DNA of 64,000 nucleotides from Fistulifera solaris (taxonomy: Eukaryota): contig AP026126.1 in the NCBI GenBank assembly GCA_030295235.1, forward strand, positions 1,674,001 to 1,738,000, read 5' to 3'. A program made the translations under genes and the position numbers. Shown here one piece after another: positions 37,442 to 48,904 of this stretch; the first letter of the stretch is position 1, and every line of letters begins with the position of its first letter. The notes beneath the pieces were generated by a model that was not told the origin of the DNA, searched no databases, and saw nothing but the letters and a program-made list of their open reading frames with translations.

Positions 37442-38506
37442 CTAGAGCTTACTATCGTTAAACCGGACAATCATCGTGATGCCTATTGGACTTCCCTTAT
37501 CCATGCTTTCCAATTCAATAGCTCCTTCCCTTAAAGAAACCTCTCGACGCACTAATTTTGCCGGATCAAGCGATGAACTAGCCACCATATCTAGCAATTC
37601 AGGAAGATCATCCGCGGCAAACCCATGAGAACCGATAATTTCTATTTCTTTGCCTGCCACACGTCCCATAGGCACTTGCGGTCGATGATCACCAATGGGC
37701 AATCCCACCTGAACCATCCTACCCGCCGGTCTTGTACAGAGAACAGCATTTTCGCAAGTTTCGGCAAAACCCGCTGCATCCACGCAGAGATCTGCACCAT
37801 CCCCGCCACATAGTAGTTGTACTTGCTGACAGCAGTCTTTGACGGACGCTTGTACGACATGAGTAGCACCCAGCTTCATTGCTAAATCGAGTGCGTCGTT
37901 TGACAGATCAATGGCCACAATAATGTTTGCTCCGATCGATGCCGCCATCATGACACACGAAAGACCGACTCCGCCGGCTCCAAAGATCGCTATCGATTCA
38001 CCTTGTTGTAGCCGTCCCTGCTGCTTCACAGCGCGATAAGCGGTCGTGAATCGACACCCCAAAGAAGCCGCTTGAACGAAAGACACCGAATCCGGAATGC
38101 GTTTGACATTCCGATCGGCACGAGGGATGGCTACATACTCCGCAAAACTGCCCCAATACGTGAAACCAGGTTGCTGTTGATCGGAGCAAACAGTTGTCCG
38201 GTTTCGATGGCAATATCGACAATTTCCACAAGAAAGAATGAAGGGCGCGGTGACTCGATCTCCCACCGAAAATTGTTTCACCGAACGTCCTACCTGAACG
38301 ACGATTCCACTGAGTTCATGACCGGGCACAAAGGGCAGTCCATGTTGTTTCACATCATCGTCGTGTCCCTTCCATCCGTGCCAATCGGATCGGCATACTC
38401 CGGTCGCCATGACTTGCACGAGAACACCATCGGGAGATAGTTGGGGAACGGGCACTTGTTCGATCCGTATGGGTCCGCCAAATTCTCGATAGACAGCAGC
38501 TTGCAT
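37442..38506 (-). CDS. Zinc-dependent alcohol dehydrogenase (MDR family), intronless
   Basis: GVCRSDWH, VPGHELSG, CGNCRYC..C, LGCRFTTAYRA, FGAGGVG. Confidence 0.92.
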   Translation of the reverse strand: MQAAVYREFGGPIRIEQVPVPQLSPDGVLVQVMATGVCRSDWHGWKGHDDDVKQHGLPFVPGHELSGIVVQVGRSVKQFSVGDRVTAPFILSCGNCRYCHRNRTTVCSDQQQPGFTYWGSFAEYVAIPRADRNVKRIPDSVSFVQAASLGCRFTTAYRAVKQQGRLQQGESIAIFGAGGVGLSCVMMAASIGANIIVAIDLSNDALDLAMKLGATHVVQASVKDCCQQVQLLCGGDGADLCVDAAGFAETCENAVLCTRPAGRMVQVGLPIGDHRPQVPMGRVAGKEIEIIGSHGFAADDLPELLDMVASSSLDPAKLVRREVSLREGAIELESMDKGSPIGITMIVRFNDSKL

Positions 38507-39085
38507 GGTCCGATTCAGGATACAATGGGGCAAACTCTGTCTCCCGAATCACAAAATGTTCTGAATAATAATAATCACTATCGTTTTCTTTCTTATGAAC
38601 GTGGCGAAATAGTAGATCTCTCTAGTAGAATTGCAACAAATGCAATGGGAGTGTGATAGAGAATCATCTCATCGCGGTCACTCAGACGCAGACACGCAGA
38701 CGGGCTACACATCGAAAGACTGCGATTGAAACAACAAGTTTGGAACAGTGCGCATAATAATGCGACGCAAACAGAAACAAAACAACATCTCACCATCATC
38801 ATCGTCGAGGCACAAAAAGTGCCTCCAATGGATTCGACATCCATTATTTTCTCCCTGGTCAAAATTGGATTTCAAACGCGTATTCCGCTTGTGTGATACG
38901 AGCAGGCTGGGCTCGCAGCTGCGTTTATCATTATTGAAAATATAAAGATGCGTATACTGTGACATTCATTCGTGGGTCGTGGGATCCCAGCACATGGTGA
39001 AAACCGTTGCTCGGCACAGGAATACTTAGAGAGCTCCCTCTAAATAATTTTAAATGAAGTTTGTGAACACAAACTGATTTTGATT

Positions 39086-39643
39086 TTACGATAGGAGTAG
39101 CATCGCTGAATTTTTGTTTCCCTCTTTTTTCGCTGCGTTCTTCTTCTCACATCTCCTCTCAAAGGCGACTGAGAGAGGTTTGATGTCCTCCCCGTATTCA
39201 GTTGTTGCCAAAGCTGTGGCCTGCGATCATAGCTTGGGACCGTATGGTTGAATACTCAGTGGGAGCGCATGAAGGGTTGTGGTGCGTATGTCCCGAGGAA
39301 GGAGGAGTCGTCTCGCGAAACGGCAACCACGTGTCGTCTCAACGATTCGCTTGCCTGTTTGCGAGGCTTCCTGCCTTACCGGAAAACACGCAGTTGGAGC
39401 ATTGTGCTGGGAAAAGTTCTTCACCTGAGTTGTGGGATCCATGAGGCGTGCCGAAGAACTGCGTGCGCCGATGATTGGTGAAGCAATGGTAACGGTTGAG
39501 CGGGGTTTGGGGTTCACCCGCTGAGCAGCTTATGAAAGCCACATTCGCCTTTCCGCTCCCAACCGGATACATGGGCGTTTGTGATCGCTTGTTGACATCT
39601 GCTTAACGTCTTCGGAGCTCTTGCGGTGCTTATGAGTTATCCT
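39086..39643 (-). pseudogene. Possible decayed exon
   Basis: About 185 codons in one frame after a CTAAC..TAG acceptor, interrupted only by TAA (39530) and TGA (39227). Confidence 0.25.
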
Positions 39644-40046
39644 AGAAATAGGTTAGCGGTTACGGGCACTAGCAAGGGTCCCCCATATGTCCCAGCACAA
39701 TGAAAAATGTATACCACAACACCTTCATGCTAACACTTGTTCATTTCAAAACCAAATAATTTTAATTAATATATAAAATACAACTGATGGATGCGCGCGA
39801 TGGGTAATGGTGACAGAGGAGCTCCTCCATCTAACACTGTCCAATTTTGTGCGCTCAAGCGGTTTCGTGGTCGTGAGAATTGTTGTTTGCTCATATTTTC
39901 GCCACCGCCTCTTGTTGCGTCGTGCTTTATCTAGGATTTATTTTATTTTCGTTCCAAGAAGTCTTCAGGTTCGTCATTAAAGTACGAAACGGGCGAGAGC
40001 CGGTCCAACAGTCCTATCACCAACAAAGAGTCGACTTCGAAATGTA

Positions 40047-41000
40047 ATGACAAACCAAAGCATTCAATACGTCATCCAACATATTTGTAAAGTCCGCAAC
40101 AGACCCATTGTGAACAATTTAGAAGCACTGTTTGGTTTCTTTGAGCTTCACGGTAGAATGGAACCTGTCTCTTTCTCTCGCGCCGCGTTTCGATGTCGCT
40201 CTCGAACTGATAAACAGGCACTCGGCTAGGCCGCCATCCAATTGGAATAAAACCCTTAAGCGTAAACAACATCTTGGGGGAAATGGGGCTCTCCCGAGAG
40301 ACGTCGTGACACATTCAGCAAGTGAGGGGCGAATGGATTGGAGGCCACGCGTTTCTTCGCACGGAAATACATGCTGATTACATCTTTGACGCCAAGAGTG
40401 GTCAGATTTTCCAAATAAGTTTTGAAACTCCCATAAGCGCCAATTCAGAGGAACTATGAATGCTGGAATCTGTAGGGCCAAAGTGGAAATTTCTTTCGAA
40501 AAGTCGCCACGTATGCCACCGCGACCTTGAATTTCGTCCACCACCGAGCCTTTTATGACCACCAAGATAGCCATCTGGGCATGTTGCCGAGTGAAGAGAA
40601 GGACAGGCGCAGTATAATTCAAGCCGTTTATGAGGAATACGCTGCGCGCGGAATGGGAGCTGCAAGAGTAGCACGCGAGCTTCCCGCTAATCTAAAAGAT
40701 GCGTGTTCTACTATGATGCATCAAAACACAAGGACTCGACACCAAAAGAAGCACTGACCGTCGCGACGTTCACATTCTACTTGAGACCACGTTTGTTGCA
40801 ACAATGGCGGACCCACTGGAGATGATTGACAAATGGCACCACTCGGTCCGTTGCGAGACTCGCTATCAAGGCCGGGACAGCCCCATACCTCATGTTGGCT
40901 CAAATGCCATATTCATGAAATCGCACAACGAGGAACGTTTCGTTTGCATATTCTAAACCAAAGGGTCTGATACCGGCTTCTTGGCTCGGGACTATGAGAT
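40047..41000 (+). pseudogene. Possible decayed gene with several TGA stops and a frameshift
   Basis: Protein-like frame after the ..AAACAG acceptor (GEWIGGHAFLRTEIHADYIFDAKSGQIFQISFE) broken by TGA at 40307 and 40457. Confidence 0.3.
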
Positions 41001-42711
41001 GCGCGTCCACGGTAAAAGCGTATCGGTGCTGATGATAGTGAATATATTGGTAAACGAACCGAACAACCCAGAGCCCCACTTCCGATTCGGCATCTTCTAG
41101 AGGCTCTCTTTGCATAAAAATCGAAGTCTTTTCACAAATGCTATGATGTACCTGGTAAGAGAACAGGCAGATTGTAATTGCTCCAATGAACTGAGGATGT
41201 TATCAAATCTTTCCGCAACGAGTCGTCCATTTCAGAAATATGATTAGCATTACCGAGGAGAGAACAATGAGGGCAAGCAAAGCAGCTTCTCCGGGAAGTA
41301 GCTGCAGCCTTCCGAGGTGAATCATTTAGGGCGAAGGATGCCTTTGCGAAGACAGTAGCAACGGTCTCATCGCGATCATTCTTGCGATTCAGCACCCATG
41401 TGTTGGATATCAGCAACCATACGGAGTACAAGATGGGTGAAAAGAGAGCACCAATTCGGACTTTTCGCAATAGAAAATTCAGCATCTTGAAATTGTTGAA
41501 GAATCCCAAATGAGCGTTGATTTGGTCTTTGTGTTGCTTTTGTACCGCTATTGTCCTCACAACAACTCACCAGACTTTGACGTTAATGAACGAGATATCA
41601 CGGCTCATAACAATGGGTATAGCATTCGTCTGACCTTCTTTTTCTAGACCGTTCGCTTTGTGTGATAGTAAATCAAAGTGTATACGGTGTTTCCACCATG
41701 GGACTTGCCAATTGTATTCGAACTAAACTCTGTCACAAATGATGTTCCATGGCGTTGGTGGCGGTAATAAATATGACTGCTACCGCTGTGTAACGTTGTT
41801 TCGGCGATACAGAGTCAATTGTCACGGTACATTTTACAAACGCTCGATTCCCATTACAATACGATCGGTCCTTCCACAGTACCCTAAAAAAATGATTGCA
41901 AAAGAGGCCCGGTTGGTAATGTGCGTCTACCAATGACCCCGGTGGTTGAATTTGGCTTATTCAACGTATTTGAAAGGTTGTTTGACGTCTTTGGGTCGAT
42001 TCAATTTGGCTTCTTCGAGTAATCGAATGAGCGGATTGCGACGTCCAGTGCACGATTTTGTTTGGACGTTTCGACGGGATGTTTTCAACCAATTGGCTCA
42101 ATAATTGACCCTGATTATGTTGCACTTCGACAGACGGCGCATCGTACAACATAATCTGCATCGTACGGTCCATCAAAAAATCAAAAACACTTGAGAGAGA
42201 GACGAAGATTTGACGGCGCGATCGATGTATGAACGGTCAATATCATTTTCTGCATCCTTTTTGAGTTCATTTCTAGCACAAACATGACGAATGCAAGAAA
42301 GTACTCCGTACCAAAGTTAAAGAAAGAAGGTTGGTGAAGAAATACTTGTTGTATACCTGGTAGTGTGACGAAAATGCGAGTGTCGATACTCCTTTGAATG
42401 ACACGTCAAACATCATAACAATAACAAAATGCGTCGTTTATGTATAAACGGGTGTGACTATGTAATTGTTTGTCTTCGTTCGTCGTACCTGGTAATGTAT
42501 CAGTCATCCGTCATCCGTCAGTGAGGAGTCATCAGTCATCAGGGACAGGGTTATTCTTTTTCATAGTGGCCGTAACCATAGCTGTACTGGGACTGTGACT
42601 GGGAAATTTAATGAGGGTAAAAGCTGCTACAACTACAATTACATAATTAGCTTCGACGCAAAAAGGAGGACACGGACGATTTTACCTGATAGCGACAAAA
42701 AATCCAGCTTC

Positions 42712-43854
42712 ATGGCTGCGAAACAAAGAAAGAACAACAAGGGGGTCAAGGGTACGGAAGAAGGGAAACGAATTGACTGTAATAAACAAGCAAAAAAAGA
42801 CTACGAAAGGATCGTGCGAGAAACAAGTAATTTCGTCCTCATCGCCATCATACCTATGGTCACGAGTAGCCATGTGGATGGCCATCATCAGTGTTGCCAT
42901 TCTAGCCGTGTCAATTATCTTTCCGTCGCGAGAAAATGTAAGCTTCTTCGATGAATGGCAGCGTACTGCACAATAACGAGCCTCACATTGGCACTTTCTC
43001 AAAGCAGGCTTCTACAACAACAACAGCCACTCAATCAACAAAAAAAACAAAAGAAGCAATCGTCAACACCATCAAATACACGATTTGGTCGTTTCGAATT
43101 GTTAGAAACAGTACCTCACGATGGCGATGCGTTTACACAAGGTCTGCAAATAGTAAATGATACGTTGTATGAAGGCGTCGGACATTACGGGAAATCGGAA
43201 TTGCGTCGTGTCGATTTGTCCACCGGAAAGGTTTTGCAGCGTCACAAATTACCACGTGAATTCTTCGGTGAGGGGATTACTTACTTTGAAGATGGTAGCA
43301 CTGGACAAGGACGTTTACTTCAGTTGACGTGGAGAGAACAAACAGCATTTCTGTATGATAGTGAGTCATTGCAACTCCTTCATCAATTCTCTTACAATAC
43401 AAGGACAGGTCAGGGCTGGGGGATCACTTGGCGTCAGAAGCAATCCACATTCATTGTCAGCGATGGCTCTTCCTTCTTGCATTTTTGGGATTCGCAAACG
43501 TTTGCGGAAACGAAACGCATCGAGGTCTACACGCTGTTGCACGGAGGAAAAGGAAAAGTTAGACATATCAACGAAATGGAATACGAACCGGTATCGGATA
43601 CCCTTTTAGCGAATGTTTGGCACAATGATGTGATCTTACGAATCGACCCAGATACGGGTTTTGTGACGACAATATACGATCTGAGTAGTCTGTATCCTCC
43701 CGAGCAACGCTCTCCATCGGATAATGAAGCCGTCTTGAATGGCATCGCGCTAGTTGAAGGGAAGCCAGACGAGGTTTGGGTTACGGGCAAGTTATGGTCT
43801 CATATGTTTCGAATTCGACTTATTGATCCGGGTGATGACGAAGTAATAACGTAG
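42712..43854 (+). CDS. Glutaminyl-peptide cyclotransferase, plant/bacterial beta-propeller type, with N-terminal membrane anchor; 5' structure uncertain
   Basis: PHDGDAFTQGL, FFGEGIT, QLTWRE, GQGWGIT, VSDGS, INEMEY, VLNGIA, TGKLW. Confidence 0.9.
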
Positions 43855-43925
43855 CACTAATAATTGATAATGTCAACTAGGAAAGACATACAACATTCAT
43901 TACGTATTTCAAGAACTGGTCGACA

Positions 43926-45676
43926 TCAATAATACAAGCTGTCATCAACGGACTGATTATCATGGTTGCTTTGTCTTCGAGCCGGGTATTCATCTTCCTC
44001 GTCGTTATCATTCATTGGGGAATCCTTGGCAGCTCCGAACTCTTGCGAATCGATGTATTGAGTTGGCTTGTAGGCTGACCGTAACGTGAGCATCCAAAAC
44101 CCGGCAAATGCCACAACCAGCATTCCCATAAACAGCCACATCAGAGCTGTCATCGAATAATCACAAGTTGCATCGTATGCTGTACTAGCATAGATAGGGA
44201 CGATAGTATCGCATTTCGTCAAAGCGATCGTGCGGCTGAGAGCATTGACGACAACTTGCATGATATCGACAATATCTATGATCATCAATCGAACGGACTC
44301 GAAGTCACGGTTACACAAGAGTTCGAGAGGTGCCATACTATCAGTATTCGACATGGTCGCACCAAGCTGTTCGAGATAAACTGAAGCATTTTTCTGATGA
44401 AAAAATTAGACGAAAGAAGTCAAGAAAGGGAGACGAATCGTGCGGAGAATCCTTACCAACTGGACCTCAAGTCGTTCAATTTGCTCAAAAGGATCCCTCG
44501 TCTGGCAGTTAGTGATGTAGAATTCTGCCAGCTTGTATTCGTTTGTCGTGTTCGGATAACCTTGTAGCGGCAAGATGTTAAGCACGGTTGTGTCCACTGT
44601 CTGTGGACCATTTTGGTCTTTCGGCAAGCAAAAATCCGAATTTATACCCACTGCGATGATCATGACCGTTGATATAATACATGCGGAAATGACCAAGATG
44701 AAGAAAAGCGGGAAGATGATCCAATTTACGAGACACGTAAACAAATGGAAATGTGCATCAAACATCGCGAGAATCGTAGCTGACATGAGAATAGCAGGAA
44801 TGATGGTGAAGGGTATTAAGATGATGAGAGACTGCCAAGACGTCAAATCGATATTGTCTGTTTCTTCTTGAACAGTACCGGCAGCACTCTGCAGTTCGTT
44901 CGCAGCCGACTCCAAACCGTCCAAGTCATCTCCTGCAAAATTCTCAAGCTCCGTCAAATAGGGGATCGCCTGATTCGCTTGGCTCACAATTTTTGTAGAA
45001 GCTCCCGAGTCTTCAAGTAGAGCATTACCTGGGCAAAAATTGTCACCGTTTAGTTCTGTAACAAGTTGCTCTTTGATACGCACAGCCGTTTCACGGACTC
45101 CCTTGACCGAGCTAAGAATATCACTTGCTTCTCTGGAAAGACCGTCGACAACATAGGAGTTATAGCTAACCGTATCGACAGTACTCTGAAGGTTTGATAA
45201 ACCATTTGTCACGGAAAGAATTGAAAAGATGATAAAAACCAAAGAACAAAGCAAAAACCATATGCGAACTCGTGTCGACCGAAGACGGAAGGAAGCTCTC
45301 TCGTAAGGCTTCTCTGTGTAGCCCGGATCGTCAACAGCTTGCTGAAAGCCTTGGCCTGCCCAAAACCCTACTCTGTGTTTGCCCATGCAACGGAGGAAGA
45401 TGATCGCAAAGAACCACACCAGAAAGAGAGTCATCATGAATATACCCATATAAATAAGACCATAAATATAATCCTCGCTTTCTTCGCTAGTTCCGAAAAG
45501 GTTTGTGATATCGCCCGAACGACCAAACCGTAACGATCCGGAAAATGCCGAGGCAAAACGGTGCTGAAGCAATCCGCAACAAAGAAAGAAAATGAGAACC
45601 TCGGCAGAATGACCCTTGTTGCTTACACCATAATTCCGCGTACCTCTCGAAAAGTTATTTCCCCTTCGTTCGACAT
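43926..45676 (-). CDS. Five-TM membrane protein with large helical ectodomains (tweety/prominin-like topology), paralog A
   Basis: Five hydrophobic segments, SDFC after TM4, conserved Cys; intron near 44375-44458. Confidence 0.65.
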
Positions 45677-46281
45677 GATACTATTAATTATAAACGTTAG
45701 TAAGCGAATGAAAAGAAACTATGAATCCAACTTTGAATCTCTATCGGGCTCTCGCTTTATGGCGGACGAGAACGGAGGTCGATGTCGATCCAGCGTTTGT
45801 CGGAGTCGAGGATGCTTCTTCGTTTCCTTACTAACTTTCATCACCCAGCCGGCTGGCGGGAAGACGTTCTACGGTAATTTCGGTACTAACTGTGCGTAAA
45901 CTCCACAATGATCAATCTTGCGTGTTTATCGTGAGTCGTGCGGACTACTCTTGTCGTGGAACTACTTTCTATTGATAGTGAAAGCGCAGGTCACACCTAT
46001 TTTCCATGTGCCGAATTGTGTTCTAACCTGCTACTTAAGGCCAAACTACATGTTCATTGTTCAATCATGAATAGTTGTAAATCTTTTACATAGAGCGTCA
46101 CCTCCTCCACCTCCCATTTTGCTAAACACGTTCTCCCGTCACATTTTCAAGGTTTTCTTTTGCCAACAAGTACAAAGTAACAACCCAACAAAAGGTTCGA
46201 CAGCAGCGTCCAGCAGGGAAATTTTACAGCGTATGACTTATTATCTTTACAATTTCTTTCCACAACTTGCTAAAAAAGAAG

Positions 46282-48904
46282 ATGGCTCCGGATGACAACA
46301 GTTCGGTAGGTGCACCAATCGTCAAATGGGATACGTTTCGATCTTTTTCCTCACTTTATTCTCTATATGCTTTTTTCGTCTTTCAGCGAGTCGAATCAAA
46401 TCTTGCGATGCGTAAAGCGCCAAGGTAAGAAATTGGCAGAAGACTCGACTTTGTTGGCTCATCTGTGCTGAATCTTTGTTCGTTTTTTTGCTTTGCAGAT
46501 TCGGCCATACGAGGGAGTTTGCCGCAGTCGTTTCGGAAGAGAGCCGCGACGAATACATCGACGGAGTAAGTTTCATAGGGAAAATTTATGTCTTTAATAT
46601 CTAAGCTCATGTATGTTCCAGCTTGCTGCCTTCGCAGTTTTTATTTTCGCTTTCACTTTTGTTTGGTTGGTGATAATCTTTCTCTTCAAATTTCACTACG
46701 GTGTCGACCGCGTTGGATGGGCTGCCGGTGGGGATGTTGTTGATGTAGAATATCTGAGGAAGCAGGGAATAAGTCGGAAGCACAGAACACAACGAATTCA
46801 TCGCAACTGGCGCGTGCAATCTACCTTTTGATTGCCTCAATGTGCATACCCGTCCTCTCATTTTTATTGGTGAATCATGGACTAGAACCCTTCATCGAAA
46901 GCTTGATGGATATCGAAGACATGACCAACGATGTTGCTACACAAGCTTACATTGGAATTTATACCGGACAACAGATCGACACAATATACAACAATTTACG
47001 GAATCTAGTCTCTCATAACGTCACAACTTTATGTCCCGATTTCCCTTCCAGTCTTTTGAATAATGAAAGTCGATTCACCGTTGCTCATGAGGACTTATCG
47101 AATTCGTTGACCTCTCTTCTACCGGTAGTCAATGAAACAATTCCAATTACCGTCGAAGTGCTTGAAGCAGTGACAACAGCAACGAGAAAAGCAGAAGATA
47201 TTGTTGATATCATTCGCAGTCACGACTGGCTATTGATCCTCCTACTGGCCGTTCTTAATATCATCAATGCTTTCTTCCTATTCGGTGTATTTCTGACGAA
47301 AAATAATGTGGGCTTTCCTGTGCTTCAAGCGTTTACAGGCTATCTGCTGGTTCCTTCATTTCTTCTTGTCTTGTTGGTGTTTGTCTGCGCGAGTGGTCTC
47401 TTCGCCGCCGCCGCCATTTCAAATGCAGGTGAGTCGTTCTAAGCTGAATGTGAAGCGAAGGCAACTTTCGATCTAATCGATCGCTTTGCACTGTTTAATT
47501 AGATTTCTGTTCCGGGGGATATGGTGTTCCAAATCCAATCGGTACATTTCGTGACATTTCAATTAGACTCGGTTACAAAGACAACAGCGTCCCCTTGACC
47601 GCTCTCGAATATTATACTTCTGTACGTATACCTTCTTGTGTTCCTTGAAACCATTGAATGACACTCATCCATTGGTTTCGCTTCAGAACTGTCGCGCTGA
47701 ACATCCGCTAGCGCTCATAAACGAGGCAAAACGATACGTTGAGATGTCCACAATCCGTTTTGATCAGCTTTCGGATGCTCTAAAGTCAACGACGTGGGAA
47801 GAGGTTCCCGATGGATGCGAAGTGCGATTCCCATTTTCCAACTCGTCGTTTCATGAAATAGCAGATAATCTGGGGATGTTGCAAGACAATTTCAATCAAG
47901 TATTAGAACTGACTTCTTGTTCCAATATGCGACCGATCTTTCATTATCTTTCTTCCGGTTCAATCTGCACCGAATCCGTTAGTGGATTAAGTGTTCTCTT
48001 CGCGCTCACTTCCGCAATTTCTGTGTTAGGTCTGGTTTTGCTGACGACACGGGCGGCCATTTTTAACCCTATAATCAAAGCAAGGCGCATTAAACGGAGA
48101 GAGAAAGAATTCAATGAATATAAATGCTACATGGCGAGATACTACGATACAGATACATGGAAAATGGACCCGCCAAAACCTTTCGAAAATGACATCATAT
48201 GCTTATCAACGATGGAGTCTGACGACACATCCCCTCGATCATTTCTTACAGATTCAGACGGTACCACAGTTGAAACGAAAAGTTCCATCGTGCAACACAG
48301 TGAGGAGACGTTGAACCTTTCGTTGCAGTCTGATGGTAAATTCTTCCGGAAAAGTCAGTTCTATCACGGAGAAATCGAAGTCATCTACTATTCTTCGGAT
48401 TCAGACTCTGATGACGAAAACGGTGAATCGGTCTCTATTTCAAGGAGCTTAAATTCTAGCATGTCTACCTTGTCTGGGCTTCTCTGGAGTTCAGGGAGAG
48501 CAACGGCGCAATACAATAAAAGTAAATCAGAAACGGATCCACAAGCTTGTCCAACGGTAAAAGCATCGGATGTAACCGGAACCACTAGGTCAAATAATAT
48601 GCGTCTGTTCTTTGGGACTGGTCCGCCTTTACAGAGTCCAAAGATGGCAAAACCAGAAGTACAAGAGCCAAGTCTGCATATAAGCGTCCCATTAGATCAT
48701 GATGTTCCGCATCATGATATTACAAGCAATCCTCTTAGCCTCGGAAATATGGAAGTGTCTATCGACGACTTATTTGATGATTCTTGTGACCATCCCTTTG
48801 CTGAGGCTCCATCTACCCCTGACGCACCACAAAAGAAAGTCAGCGCAGTTGCAAGAACAGCCGGTGCTCGAACCATTGAGATCCGTGTGAAAAATCAACC
48901 TTAG
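46282..48904 (+). CDS. Five-TM tweety/prominin-like protein, paralog B, with long Ser-rich C-terminal tail; multi-exon
   Basis: PRFGH, EYIDG, VWLVII..RVGWAAG, NA|DFC, YY..C shared with paralog A. Confidence 0.65.
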
